DNA from: Candidatus Latescibacterota bacterium
GTDB taxonomy: Bacteria > Latescibacterota > UBA2968
DNA: 64,000 nt
Assembly (NCBI GenBank): GCA_965204375.1
Contig: OZ241986.1
Span: 4,352,001 to 4,416,000 of the forward strand
Reading direction: 5' to 3'
Numbering within the stretch: the first letter of the stretch is position 1; each line of letters starts with the position of its first letter. Below are positions 29,401 to 39,462 of the stretch, one piece after another. The translations under genes were made by a program, and so were the position numbers. The notes under the pieces are model-generated. The model ran no database searches. It saw nothing but the letters and a program-made list of their open reading frames with translations, and was not told the origin of the DNA.

Positions 29401-29644
29401 CGTTCTGTTTATGAACGTGTACAACTTCTTCAACCAGCGCGACCCCGCCACCGAATATTTCTGGCGCGGTCCCTGGTTTGATCGACACAGACAGGGACCA
29501 CAGGCCGAACTCTGGTATCTCTACGGCATGGACATGCCCAAACCCACGGACAAGAATTATATCAACTTTGGCGATACCAAAGAATACCACCGCTGGGCAG
29601 GACGCCCTCGAGAGATCAGCATAGGTCTCCAACTCGGATTTTAA
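26423..29644 (+). CDS. TonB-dependent receptor with N-terminal carboxypeptidase-regulatory-like domain
   Basis: GTTGKIAG...PLPGANV, IRG plug, GGMEAEYGNATSG, SPRLG, terminal Phe. Confidence 0.92.
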   Translation: MKRIAMVCVLLCFASHLYAGTTGKIAGVIKDDQGNPLPGANVIVEGTRLGAVADADGSYFIINILPGRHALTASLIGYTNQTQSDVSVKTDFTTPLDFQLKETTVELAELTVVAERPPVERDKTTSKYIMGGDTIDRLSTAANTSELMSLQAGVSLDNNEPAIRGSYQGNRGNTETLVYVDGVVMDAGTARGDVQFVGVNSDAVQEITVITGGMEAEYGNATSGAIHIITREGGKNFHGKGGFTYIPPGKKHWGGNVYDSPIHKGRMKWGDATWENETYTDPGPDRQMGTGDDITRLAHERTDYTGIHGYEVDGSLSGPLLGNASFFVTAQHEGQASHFPSPTKRGIFHQAVSTSPQTARWIESPYNIKGTYKLSWDVQSNIKVKVGGIYARHEAYQVGEGESWVQGVKRTVGRELQGIDIFLPAGEAGAGIANVKHDLAYISLTHTLSNKTFYEARLSYYRDATDTTNVPGVTSQFGGGITEPLRKDQDGVFTIGPRRVSIWINDHRARLNFKLDYSSQINKNHFIKTGIDLTRHTYWWNQINWPQAGKSRYQLAGVPYEMGEPINPIQSAFYLQDKMEFEGIIVNLGIRYDRHDHNGDFYSPLANNAWGGAPMTNSWSRQRKFMPRTTVSTKSAWSPRLGVSHPITANAIIRFSYGIFHQMPGFWHLYSYEWRGVAPPEDFNNNGQIDDTEWLNKNNQRATTGNPHLDYKRSTNFEVGTDWNFYQDYVLSFTTYQQSVDGQVRFGNALWRDPSRKSQVGRNTPLGYVFTDNRGFEMSLRKDFSQNFSFQVAYNHQWQSGGNAGINRIIYFPNSQFIASDLYFIQHTKDTNGDGVVDASDDGSEAKVPLTSQQIQDIGAEADRYIQTIREGTNPDWNPLTDSEMQEVENLPGVFYFTRNTTSDRSAGRGGAAETAGFGDRRGTMKIAFTYETPMHYGPALGGFRLNVINTLKTGRRINIPHPTQGNVERFGPMETKTNLSLEKRFRTGRTEAVLFMNVYNFFNQRDPATEYFWRGPWFDRHRQGPQAELWYLYGMDMPKPTDKNYINFGDTKEYHRWAGRPREISIGLQLGF

Positions 29645-29670
29645 TTTTATTATCCTAAAGGAGTAATAAC

Positions 29671-31980
29671 ATGTATCCACTGAAATACATCGGATGGATT
29701 GGGGTTCTATCTGTGCTGGTATTTGCATCCGAAATCTATGCCCAGCAACCCGAACTTCAACGCCACCTGACCCGGGGCAAGCTCTGGGCCACCTTTCGCA
29801 ATACCGGCACCCAGGGCCTGCGCGACGACAGCCGCCTGGGTGCAGATGCTGGCTTGATGTATCCCGGCTGGGGCATTGGCGAGCGCGACTTCAGGGAATA
29901 CTGGATTATTGGACAGGACGCCGACCACCGCTATCACACCAGCCAGGGTGAGGGTTTTTGGGTTTTTACCAAAGAAGGAGGGTCATACAATGTATCCACC
30001 TCCAACCCGCGCTACAATACCGACGACATCTTTGAAATGATCTACGATGCCGCTTCGGGACCAGAGCGCGATCTGGGCGTTGAAACCCGATCGCCCCTCA
30101 CGGGCAATACCACGGCCAATTACTGGCCCGGAGCACCTGCACTGGTGGCCGACGAACCCATCGAAATCCACAACTACGATTACGGACGTTACATTCCCAA
30201 CGACAACGAGGCCGAAGAAATCATCATCTCCAAATGGACGACAGAACGCGGCCTCACCATCACCCGCAAAGCCAGAGCGTGGAGCTATCCGGACTACGAC
30301 GACTTCATTATTCTCGAAGTCATCATCGAAAATACCGGAGATAACAACGGAGACGGCATACCCGATGCTGGGCTGCCCGTTGATCACAAGGACGTCTATT
30401 TCGCCTTTGTGAATAATCTGGCCCCGTCGTGGGCTGGACACCGATGGCAGAACCAGACCGTACCGTGGGCGTATTCCGATCCGATCATCCTGGACGATTG
30501 GTACAAATACAGCGAAGCGTCCAACTTCGATGGCCTGCCCGCACTTCGGGGGAAAAAAATCTCTTATGTCTATGACAGCGATTTGCTCTCTTCTGCCGGA
30601 GACGACACGGGCCAGCCTTTCGATAAAAACAACGCCCAGTCAGCCTATATCAACCGGGGTCAGCTCAACCACGGCGAACTCATGGCTTTCCAGTACATCG
30701 GCCTGGCACCCCTCGATTACGACCCCATCGACGGATTCACCAACGACAACGAGACCTACGTGGCCCCAAAAACAATGGATCAGCCCGCCTTCGCCAACTG
30801 GTGGGAGATCTACGGGCGCTTCGATTGGGACACGCCAGACATTACCAACCTGAATAGCGACGAGAATCTCTACAATGAATTCATTGGTTTAGGCAGGGTT
30901 CCAGCCATCCAGGACAATCCCTCCAAAGTCAGCCGCGTAACCTTCGCACACACCTACGGTCCTTACGATCTGGCTCCCGGTGAAAAAGCCAAAGTCGTGG
31001 TCGCCTGGGTCGCCGGATCGGGTGCCGAATTTGCCGGTCCCGGCGGCAGTCCGATGGATGTTTACGAATGGGCGCGCCAGGGCAACCAGAGTCAGGTAGC
31101 CGACGGCGAACGCGCGATGGCACAGCATCTGGAACGGGCGCAATTTGCCTATGACAATGGCTATGATCTGCCCGACGCGCCGCCCGATGTTGCCGTATTC
31201 GTAGATAGCGATGAAAATGGGAACAACGCCATCACATGGTCTGATCGAGCCGAAAAGTCCCCCGATCCGGATTACACGGGCGACGAAGCTCTGGATCTAC
31301 AGGGCTACCGGGTCTATCGCACCCAGAACAACCACCTGGGGCCCTGGGAACTCGTGGCCGATATCCCCAAAGGAACGACCCCGACCAATACGGAGTATGA
31401 CCCCGGCACCCCCTGGACTTCTCCCACAATCTCCTACGCCGAAGGAGGAACCTACACTTATCGAGACGTAGAATCAGTGCCTGGTTTCAGGTACTGGTAC
31501 TCGGTGCGCACGTACGATTCTGGACACAGCGATTGGAACGGCACGGGACAATCCATTCCATCTTTGGAATCCGGACATAGCGCACCCGAACAGCGCATGA
31601 ATGTTTCGAGAAGCCCCATCGTGATTGCAACCCCTGAAAAAGACGCACTGGCCGAACAGGTGCGCGTGGTACCCAACCCCTTTCGGGACGACCCGGGAGA
31701 TGCCGACCACCGGTATCCACCTGCCAGCAACAATATTCGCTTTGTCAACATACCCCGAAAAGCAAAAATCTCCATCTTTTCAATCTCTGGAGATTTGATC
31801 GCCGTCATCAACCACCCGCAGCGCACCACCGATCCCGATAGGGGCGAAGCCACCTGGGATCAACGCACGCGCACATTTTCCGGGCGCGTCGCCGCCGGAC
31901 GCTACTACTACGTGGTAGAATCTCTGGTTGCTGGCGAAACGGGCAAAAAGCAGACCGGGATGTTTATGATCATCAAATAG
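29671..31980 (+). CDS. secreted protein with FN3-like region and T9SS-type C-terminal sorting-like domain
   Basis: Signal peptide; GYRVYR...YWYSVRTYD; VRVVPNPF...IRFVNIP...I(F)SISGDL...GRYYYVV. Confidence 0.8.
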   Translation: MYPLKYIGWIGVLSVLVFASEIYAQQPELQRHLTRGKLWATFRNTGTQGLRDDSRLGADAGLMYPGWGIGERDFREYWIIGQDADHRYHTSQGEGFWVFTKEGGSYNVSTSNPRYNTDDIFEMIYDAASGPERDLGVETRSPLTGNTTANYWPGAPALVADEPIEIHNYDYGRYIPNDNEAEEIIISKWTTERGLTITRKARAWSYPDYDDFIILEVIIENTGDNNGDGIPDAGLPVDHKDVYFAFVNNLAPSWAGHRWQNQTVPWAYSDPIILDDWYKYSEASNFDGLPALRGKKISYVYDSDLLSSAGDDTGQPFDKNNAQSAYINRGQLNHGELMAFQYIGLAPLDYDPIDGFTNDNETYVAPKTMDQPAFANWWEIYGRFDWDTPDITNLNSDENLYNEFIGLGRVPAIQDNPSKVSRVTFAHTYGPYDLAPGEKAKVVVAWVAGSGAEFAGPGGSPMDVYEWARQGNQSQVADGERAMAQHLERAQFAYDNGYDLPDAPPDVAVFVDSDENGNNAITWSDRAEKSPDPDYTGDEALDLQGYRVYRTQNNHLGPWELVADIPKGTTPTNTEYDPGTPWTSPTISYAEGGTYTYRDVESVPGFRYWYSVRTYDSGHSDWNGTGQSIPSLESGHSAPEQRMNVSRSPIVIATPEKDALAEQVRVVPNPFRDDPGDADHRYPPASNNIRFVNIPRKAKISIFSISGDLIAVINHPQRTTDPDRGEATWDQRTRTFSGRVAAGRYYYVVESLVAGETGKKQTGMFMIIK

Positions 31981-31996
31981 TGCAAAGGAGGAACAC

Positions 31997-32938
31997 GTGA
32001 AACGCTTACAAACAACACTCGTCCTGGTCTTCACTGCCTTTGCCCTATCGGCAACAGGCGCAGAGGCCGGGCTCAAAAAACTCGGCAATGCCGGATTCAC
32101 CTTTCTCAAAGTCTCCCAAAGCGCGCGCGCAGTTGCCATGGGCGATGCGTACACCGCAGTGGGCACGGGTATCGATGCCATGTTCTGGAATCCAGCGGGC
32201 ATCACGCAAATCGATCGCGCCGCTTTTAGCCTGGGATACAACAAGTGGATGGTCAATTCCAAATTTTATTCGGGGGCTTTTGCCTACAACCTGGGCACGC
32301 AGACCATAGGCATCACGGTCTTGTCTTTCACACCCGATGAATTTGAAGAAACCACCATTTTCCAACCCAATGGCACGGGCAATATCATTAAAGACAGCGA
32401 CTTTGCCATTGGCCTGACTTATGCCATCAAATTCACCGACCGATTGTCATTTGGCGCCCAGGGCCGGTATATTCAAGAGACGCTCTATACCGATGTCAAC
32501 AGCGGTCTGGATATCTCCATAGGCACGCTCTTTTACACCGGATTCCGGTCTTTGCGTTTGGCCATGACGCTGAGGAATTTCGGACAGGATATCGTCATCA
32601 TCGACGATACGGCCTTCCGCCCCCTCATCTACAGCATCGCGGCTTCAATGGAACTCTACGGCAATCTGGGCGACCCGGTTTCGCTTACCGTATCTGCGGA
32701 AAATGCCTTCTTTGTCGATTTTGAAGGCCGTATTCACGCGGGCGCCGAACTCTGGTTGCACAATATTCTCGCACTGCGCGGTGGCTGGAAATTCAATAAC
32801 GACACCGAGAGTTTTGCACTCGGTTTTGGCCTCAAATACTCGGTCAATGAGCGCCCCTTCACCCTGGACTTTGCGTATAGCGACATGGGCGAGTTATTGG
32901 ATCCCACCTATCGGATAAATATCGGCGGTTCCTTCTGA
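31997..32938 (+). CDS. PorV/PorQ-family outer-membrane protein
   Basis: FLKVSQSARAVAMGDA...FWNPAG; terminal Phe. Confidence 0.88.
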   Translation: MKRLQTTLVLVFTAFALSATGAEAGLKKLGNAGFTFLKVSQSARAVAMGDAYTAVGTGIDAMFWNPAGITQIDRAAFSLGYNKWMVNSKFYSGAFAYNLGTQTIGITVLSFTPDEFEETTIFQPNGTGNIIKDSDFAIGLTYAIKFTDRLSFGAQGRYIQETLYTDVNSGLDISIGTLFYTGFRSLRLAMTLRNFGQDIVIIDDTAFRPLIYSIAASMELYGNLGDPVSLTVSAENAFFVDFEGRIHAGAELWLHNILALRGGWKFNNDTESFALGFGLKYSVNERPFTLDFAYSDMGELLDPTYRINIGGSF

Positions 32939-32946
32939 GTTGCGAT

Positions 32947-34317
32947 ATGAAATATATCCTTTTGTCGCTGTGTCTCGCACAGGCTCTCCTCGCGCCAATT
33001 TCGGGAGAAGATATTCCCGTCATGGCGCGAGGCGCCATTCCATTTTGGATCGACAGAGCGGGTTTTGATACGCCAGACAGCCTGAACTACGGCGAACTGT
33101 ATCTCCAGTGCCCGTGCCGGCACCTCACCTTCAGTGAATTGAACGACCACCAGCGGGCTGCCTATCGCGTAGAAGCCACCTTTTTTTCCAGGCGCGATAG
33201 CATGCCTTTCAAATGGGAAAAACAGATCGTCACAGACGCGGGAACAGACCTGCGCGATCAAATGATTACAGAGGCATTGAGCTTCAGAATTTCGCCCGGC
33301 ACCTACAGCGTTCACATTCGCCTGAAAGATTTGCAGGCCAATGCCGAAGGCACCTGTGAACTCGCCTTCACAATGCCCGAATTTGACAACACCGCCCCGA
33401 CCATAAGCGACATCCAGTTTGCCCATCGGATTGACGCCGCAAACACACAGACCACCAGAAATCTGGTCAAGAACGGGTTCAAAATCGTTCCCAACGCGCG
33501 CAGGTCAATCGCAACGACCTTAAACATCTACTTTGAACTCTATGGCCTTGCCACAGGCGAGGGACGCGCTGCAACTTTCGACCTCGCCTATGCCCTCATA
33601 GATACCGCGGGACAGCGGATCAAAAACTTTCCCTCGGCGCGCTACCGCAAACCCGGCGCAACCACAATCAAAACCGAATCCCTCGACATTGAGGGCATAA
33701 TGCCAGGGCAGTATGTACTGAAAATCACTGCCCGCGATAACGGCACGGGCAAAATGACCACGCGCCAACGGGCTTTTTCTATACAAAAACCCGCACTGGC
33801 AACAGACCCCGCCTCCTTAAAGCGCTATTACAAACAAATCCGCTACATCGCCACAAAAACCGAACGCGAAACTTATGCCTCCTTAAGCGCCGCCGAGAAA
33901 GTAGAATTTATCCTCACCTTCTGGAAAAAACGCGATCCAACGCCTCTAACGCCTGAAAATGAATTTGCCACAGAACATTTCAAGCGCATTCGCTATGCAG
34001 ACGAACACTTCTCTGCGCGTCCCGGACAAAAAGGGTCGGATACCGATCAAGGGCGCATCCACATCAAATACGGCTTGCCGACAGACATCGAGCGCAACCC
34101 ATTCAGTGCCACGGGCAAAGCCTTTGAAATCTGGACCTACGAACATCTCAACTACTGCGAGTTTGTATTTCTGGATCGCCTTGGAGACGGTGTTTATGAA
34201 ATGATCCACGCCACCATGCCAGGAGAACGCTACAATCCCAACTGGCGAGATCAACAAGCTATCGGCGATCAGACCGATCCGACATCGCTGCCAGCTGAGG
34301 CATTTTCTCCGCCATAA
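32947..34317 (+). CDS. GWxTD-domain protein (motif here GSDTDQG)
   Basis: FWKKRDPTPLTPENE...RIRYADEHF...TDQGRIHIKYGLP. Confidence 0.85.
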   Translation: MKYILLSLCLAQALLAPISGEDIPVMARGAIPFWIDRAGFDTPDSLNYGELYLQCPCRHLTFSELNDHQRAAYRVEATFFSRRDSMPFKWEKQIVTDAGTDLRDQMITEALSFRISPGTYSVHIRLKDLQANAEGTCELAFTMPEFDNTAPTISDIQFAHRIDAANTQTTRNLVKNGFKIVPNARRSIATTLNIYFELYGLATGEGRAATFDLAYALIDTAGQRIKNFPSARYRKPGATTIKTESLDIEGIMPGQYVLKITARDNGTGKMTTRQRAFSIQKPALATDPASLKRYYKQIRYIATKTERETYASLSAAEKVEFILTFWKKRDPTPLTPENEFATEHFKRIRYADEHFSARPGQKGSDTDQGRIHIKYGLPTDIERNPFSATGKAFEIWTYEHLNYCEFVFLDRLGDGVYEMIHATMPGERYNPNWRDQQAIGDQTDPTSLPAEAFSPP

Positions 34318-34338
34318 GCTGCGAGAAGCGACCAGACT

Positions 34339-36324
34339 ATGGCAAAAACGCCAGCCCCACAAAACAGGTCAGAATCCCTGTCCGAGTACCTGACAAGTGG
34401 CGTGAGTCTTCGCGCCGTTGTATTGGGTCTCGCGCTCGTTGTTCTGATCAACCTCTGGATACCCTATTCAGAATATATCGTGCGGGCTTCGCGCATGAAC
34501 CTCAGCCATTTTCCCGTTGCTGTATTCATCCTCTTTCTCCTCATCCGCTACCTGCTCAACCCCCTGCTGTCAACCCTGAACCCCGCCTTCTCTTTAACCC
34601 CCTCTGAACAACTGGTCATTATCGCAATGGGGCTTGCAGGCGGCGTGGTACCCGGCTCAGGCGTGCTCGGTTTTCTCCTGGGAACCATTGCCACACCCTA
34701 TTATTTTGCCACGCCAGAAAACCGCTGGGCCGAATTCTTCCACGCCCACCTTCCCACCTACCTGGTACCACCCAATACCGGCGGCGCAATGCGCGATTTT
34801 TACGAAGGCACACTGCCCGGCACGCCAATTCCATGGTCTATATGGGTTGCCCCCCTTTTCTGGTGGCTTGTGTTCATCGTTGCCATTGTCTTTGTCTCGG
34901 CCTGTATTGCAGTCATCTTGCGCCGCCAGTGGTCTGAAAATGAACGCCTGACATTTCCCCTATTGAGTCCGGCACTGCATATCGTTTCCGAAGAACCCGC
35001 ACGCGATAAAACCCTTCAATACAGGGGTCTGTACTGGGCGGGATTCGCGCTGTCATCCGGCATCCTCTCCTATAATATCCTCCATTTCTTCTTTCCTCTT
35101 GTACCCGATATTAAGCTGACACTTCCCTTTTTCTATTTTGCCAAAGGCTATCCTCCCATCTTTCCCCGATTCAATATCTATATCATGGGCTTTGCCTATT
35201 TTGCCAACCTCGATGTGCTATTCAGCATGTGGTTCTTCCATCTCCTTTTTTACCAAATTCCAGGTGGCCTCTTAAATCGCATCGGATTTGATATGCCCGG
35301 CCGCGGCGACCCCTATGGCGCGCTTCACTTTTCCGGCGCGGGCTGGTTGTGTTTTGGCGCGCTGTGTTTTTTCGTTTTTTGGGGATTGTACATCTCTCGC
35401 CACCACCTCAAAGCCGTCTTCCTCAAAGCCGTAAATCCGCAATACCCCATCGACGACAGCGGGGAACTCATGTCTTATCGCAACGCTATTTTGGGCCTGT
35501 TTTTCGGAACGCTTTTTATTATTATCTGGTTATACCAATCCGGCATGGCCTTTTCAGCGATCGCCTTTTACACTGCGGCTACCTTTGTCATTTACATAGG
35601 CGTAGCGCGTGTCGTTGCTCAAACCGGCATCCTCTTTGTTCAGGCCCCGATCAGCGCACAGATTTTCACCATTTACTCTCTGGGCGCACACGCCCTTTCA
35701 ACGCCCACAATGACATCGATCGCCCTCTCCTACGCGCTCACCAACTATATTCGCGGCCTGTTTATGCCCGCGCTGATCCACATTGCCAAATTGTCTGAAT
35801 GGATCAAAACCGACCATCGCAAACTCCTCAGCGCAGTCTTTTTGGGATTGCTCGTCGGCTGTCTAACATTTATTTTTTATGTGATTCCCCTGAGTTATGA
35901 AAGAGGGGCCTTCAATTTCAACGACATTCCCCTCAAATCGGGAACCAACCGAATCTATCCGGTCATCCTCAGCAAAATTGTCAATCCCTTTGGTCCCGAC
36001 TGGCAAAGAATGGGATTTTTTGGCGGCGGTGCAGCGCTGATGGGACTGCTCACATTCTTGCAATATCGCTTCTCATGGTGGCCTTTGCATCCCATTGGTC
36101 TGACGGTTTGCAGCACCAATGTCGCCCGCAGCAATCAGGTCTCAATTTTTATTATTTGGGCTTTCAAATTGTTCGTACTGCACTTCGGCGGTGTTTCTGC
36201 TTACCGCCGTTTTCAGCCCTTCTTCATCGGTTTGCTCACCGGCTATGGCCTGGGGGTCGCGCTGTCGTTCGCGGTTGATGCCCTGTGGTTTTCCGGGCAG
36301 GGACATTACGTACACAGGTGGTAA
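34339..36324 (+). CDS. polytopic inner-membrane protein, putative transporter (DUF6785/OPT-like)
   Basis: YFATPENRW, RRQWSENERLTFPL, WWPLHPIG; many TM segments. Confidence 0.75.
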   Translation: MAKTPAPQNRSESLSEYLTSGVSLRAVVLGLALVVLINLWIPYSEYIVRASRMNLSHFPVAVFILFLLIRYLLNPLLSTLNPAFSLTPSEQLVIIAMGLAGGVVPGSGVLGFLLGTIATPYYFATPENRWAEFFHAHLPTYLVPPNTGGAMRDFYEGTLPGTPIPWSIWVAPLFWWLVFIVAIVFVSACIAVILRRQWSENERLTFPLLSPALHIVSEEPARDKTLQYRGLYWAGFALSSGILSYNILHFFFPLVPDIKLTLPFFYFAKGYPPIFPRFNIYIMGFAYFANLDVLFSMWFFHLLFYQIPGGLLNRIGFDMPGRGDPYGALHFSGAGWLCFGALCFFVFWGLYISRHHLKAVFLKAVNPQYPIDDSGELMSYRNAILGLFFGTLFIIIWLYQSGMAFSAIAFYTAATFVIYIGVARVVAQTGILFVQAPISAQIFTIYSLGAHALSTPTMTSIALSYALTNYIRGLFMPALIHIAKLSEWIKTDHRKLLSAVFLGLLVGCLTFIFYVIPLSYERGAFNFNDIPLKSGTNRIYPVILSKIVNPFGPDWQRMGFFGGGAALMGLLTFLQYRFSWWPLHPIGLTVCSTNVARSNQVSIFIIWAFKLFVLHFGGVSAYRRFQPFFIGLLTGYGLGVALSFAVDALWFSGQGHYVHRW

Positions 36325-36325
36325 C

Positions 36326-37570
36326 ATGTCTATACAAGAACGCGCAAAATACGGTGCCGAAGTATTTGAAGGAATCGCGGGCAACCTGCCCCAACCCTTT
36401 CCGCGCACCATGGGTCCAAACTGCCTGACATACCTCCAGGAAGTCGTCTCATCGGGCCTGCAATGCGACATGATTCGGAGATTTGAAGCCGCTTTCGAAA
36501 GCGAAATGGGCATCAAACACTGCATCGGCACACCCGGATGCACCGCAGCCCTCAACATACTCGCAGCCGCGCTCAATCTCGAACCCGGCGATGAAATCAT
36601 CGTATCGCCCATCACCGACTACGGCACAGTCATGGGCCTGCTCAAAGAAAACTACATCCCGGTCTTCCCCGACACCGAACCCGGCACACCGCTCATCAGC
36701 GCCCAAACCATCGCACCCTGTATTACCAACCGCACGCGAGCCATTCTCGCCGTCCACATAACCGGCCTCATCTGCGACATGGACCCCATCCACGCTCTGG
36801 CAAAAAAACACGGCCTGACCGTCATTGAAGACGTATGCCAGGCCGTATTTGGCACGTACAAAGGCCGCCTTGCAGGCACCCTCGGCGACGTCGCTGCCTT
36901 CTCATTCGACTCCGAAAAAACACTCGGCTCCGACGTCGGCGGCTGTGTCATTACAAATGACGATAAACTCGCCGAACAAATTCGGTTCGTCGGTCAAAGC
37001 AGAGGCGGGCAAATGGTTGAAGGACTGGGGCGCGTACACGCCGTAAATGGATACGCGCTTCGCATGACCCAATCGACCGCCGCCATCACCCTTGCGCAAC
37101 TCGAAATCATCCGCCCGGCCGTTGCACATATCGACCGCATGATTCGCCTCATCACCGACAAACTCGCCGAAATACCCGGCATCATCCCACTATCCATACC
37201 GGATTACATGGAAACCTATTCCTGCTGGATGGCCGGATTCAGCATCGACCCCAATGCCTTTACATGCGACGCCGAATCCTTTGCACAGCAAGTCGCCGAA
37301 GCAGGACTCACCGGAGCCGGACTCGGCAAATACTATCTCATGCCCGCTGCACTGCCCTTTTTAACGGACAAAGCCAAAAAACACCTCTATCCCTTCTCCA
37401 AACCCCCGGCATCCCACACCTATACTTACGGCGCAAACACCTGTCCCAATGCCCGGGACTTTCTCGACAATTTCATCCGCTGGACCACCATCTGCGAAAA
37501 ATATCAACCCGAACACTGCGACCTCGTCGCCCAAATAGTCGCCACCGTCGCCGACCAGAATCGAGTCTGA
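36326..37570 (+). CDS. DegT/DnrJ/EryC1/StrS PLP aminotransferase
   Basis: PGDEIIV, IEDVCQA, FSFDSEK PLP lysine. Confidence 0.9.
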   Translation: MSIQERAKYGAEVFEGIAGNLPQPFPRTMGPNCLTYLQEVVSSGLQCDMIRRFEAAFESEMGIKHCIGTPGCTAALNILAAALNLEPGDEIIVSPITDYGTVMGLLKENYIPVFPDTEPGTPLISAQTIAPCITNRTRAILAVHITGLICDMDPIHALAKKHGLTVIEDVCQAVFGTYKGRLAGTLGDVAAFSFDSEKTLGSDVGGCVITNDDKLAEQIRFVGQSRGGQMVEGLGRVHAVNGYALRMTQSTAAITLAQLEIIRPAVAHIDRMIRLITDKLAEIPGIIPLSIPDYMETYSCWMAGFSIDPNAFTCDAESFAQQVAEAGLTGAGLGKYYLMPAALPFLTDKAKKHLYPFSKPPASHTYTYGANTCPNARDFLDNFIRWTTICEKYQPEHCDLVAQIVATVADQNRV

Positions 37571-37577
37571 GAAAAAC

Positions 37578-38579
37578 ATGGCCCTCACAATATGCCCGTG
37601 GAAATACAACAAAACCTGGGTCTATTCCATCACCTATGACGAAGCCCTCGTTGACCTGCACCAATTCGCAATCCCCATCCACGGAGAATACGGCATTCCG
37701 GGACATGTAGAAGTCGTCGTCGGACAACTGGGCGAAACGCGCAATATCGGCAACTCCAGCTACAATGGCTATCGCCACATGAACGCCGACGAACTCAAAG
37801 ACATGCTCGCCCGGGGCTGGGGAATTGGCAATCACTCCTATAGCCATGAACTCATACAACCCGACATGGTTGACCTGGAAATCGGCCGCGCCAAAGACGT
37901 ACTCGAAACCGCCATTGACGCACCCGTCGATCTCTACTGCGCGCCCGGCAACAATTCCAACATGTCGGACCACGTCCTCAAAGCCTGCCGCAAATACGGC
38001 TACCTCGGCGCAATGAGCCTGACCGATGCCCTCAACCGTCCAAACACCCCGCTCTTCTGGATCAACCGCACGGCATTGCATGAACAGTATTACGCCCCAT
38101 TCTTCAGCGAATACGACCCATTCCGCAACATCCGCCATGCACAAGCACAAAACGGCTGGATCATCGACTACTGCCATTGCCCATTGGAAAAACCCATCCA
38201 CCCCAACAAAGACTGCTCGCATCCACAACTCAGAAAAAGATTTGAAACCATCCTCGCAGAAGGCGGAGACAAAGTCTGGTGCGCCGTACCCGAAGAAGTA
38301 ATCTTCTACCACCAGACCAGACGCCACACACAAATCGAAACCATCTCCGACACAAAAACCCAAAAGCACTACCGCCTCCACCTCAACAACCTGAGCGACC
38401 GCGTCACCTGCCGCACGCTCACCCTCCACGCCGACGTACCCGCCCCCTATTGTCGCCATCCCAGCGTATGGATCGACGGACAACCCCACCTCGCACACCT
38501 GATAGAACCGAGAAAATTGCAAATCACGATCACCGTCACAGACGGCATGGAACTCGTCTTTCAAGACCCGGGCACCTGA
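37578..38579 (+). CDS. polysaccharide deacetylase (CE4-like)
   Basis: SITYDE, GWGIGNHSYSH. Confidence 0.8.
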   Translation: MALTICPWKYNKTWVYSITYDEALVDLHQFAIPIHGEYGIPGHVEVVVGQLGETRNIGNSSYNGYRHMNADELKDMLARGWGIGNHSYSHELIQPDMVDLEIGRAKDVLETAIDAPVDLYCAPGNNSNMSDHVLKACRKYGYLGAMSLTDALNRPNTPLFWINRTALHEQYYAPFFSEYDPFRNIRHAQAQNGWIIDYCHCPLEKPIHPNKDCSHPQLRKRFETILAEGGDKVWCAVPEEVIFYHQTRRHTQIETISDTKTQKHYRLHLNNLSDRVTCRTLTLHADVPAPYCRHPSVWIDGQPHLAHLIEPRKLQITITVTDGMELVFQDPGT

Positions 38580-38585
38580 GCGACC

Positions 38586-39446
38586 TCAGTTATTCAGCCT
38601 CACCCTGACCCCTCTCTCCTGAAGCACCGGAACATGCTTATTAATCGAAACATCGCTCAGGGGATTATCCCTCAAATCGATCAAACTGTTTTCGCCACGC
38701 AATTCCGCATTCGCCACCAGAGGCGATAAATCCGAAACATCGCAATCCCAACCATGCACCCTTCGCAGCCTGGGCAAACCCGACAGCGGCGAAAGATCCG
38801 AGACCGCATTGTTATTCAGAGCCAATCCCCCCAACGCAGTCAAAGTCGATAGTGGAGAAATATCCCAGATGAGATTATTACTCACATCCAGCCACCTCAA
38901 CTCGGTCATACCCGACAGCGGCGAAAGATCCGAAACATCGTTGGTATAGAGATGCAGCGTTCTCATCTCCGTCAAACCCGCCAGCGGAGAGAGATCCGAG
39001 ATATAAGAATTCCCACTAATATCCAGTACTCTCAGTTCTGTCAAATTCGACAGCGGCGATATATCCGCTATTGTATTGCGAAAAAGATTCAACTCTGTCA
39101 GCTTGATCAAACCCGACAGCGGCGAAAGATCCGAAATACTATTGCTATTGACGCGACCGCCATTCGTCAATACATAGCCGAGATTCAGCACCGTCAGTTC
39201 GGTCGCGTACTCAATCCCCGCCAAATCGCGAACCCTTGAATTCGGAGCTTCAAGACGCGTCAACGTCGCCATCTCAGCCGCAGTAATCGCCTCTCCCTTC
39301 GCCTTGTTCAAAGAATCCTCAATCACCGCGCGCAGGTGAACATCCGGAATATTTACACCCTCGCCCTTCTTATGAGCGTCTGCGTCGCATTCGCCATAAA
39401 AGGCGAGACAGACACCGAGAATGATCAAGAGGTATCGGTAGATCAT
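38586..39446 (-). CDS. secreted internalin-like leucine-rich repeat protein, copy 1
   Basis: IPDVHLRAVI cap; 22-aa NxISDLSPLSGL repeats. Confidence 0.9.
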   Translation of the reverse strand: MIYRYLLIILGVCLAFYGECDADAHKKGEGVNIPDVHLRAVIEDSLNKAKGEAITAAEMATLTRLEAPNSRVRDLAGIEYATELTVLNLGYVLTNGGRVNSNSISDLSPLSGLIKLTELNLFRNTIADISPLSNLTELRVLDISGNSYISDLSPLAGLTEMRTLHLYTNDVSDLSPLSGMTELRWLDVSNNLIWDISPLSTLTALGGLALNNNAVSDLSPLSGLPRLRRVHGWDCDVSDLSPLVANAELRGENSLIDLRDNPLSDVSINKHVPVLQERGVRVRLNN

Positions 39447-39462
39447 AGGAACTGTCCTCCAA

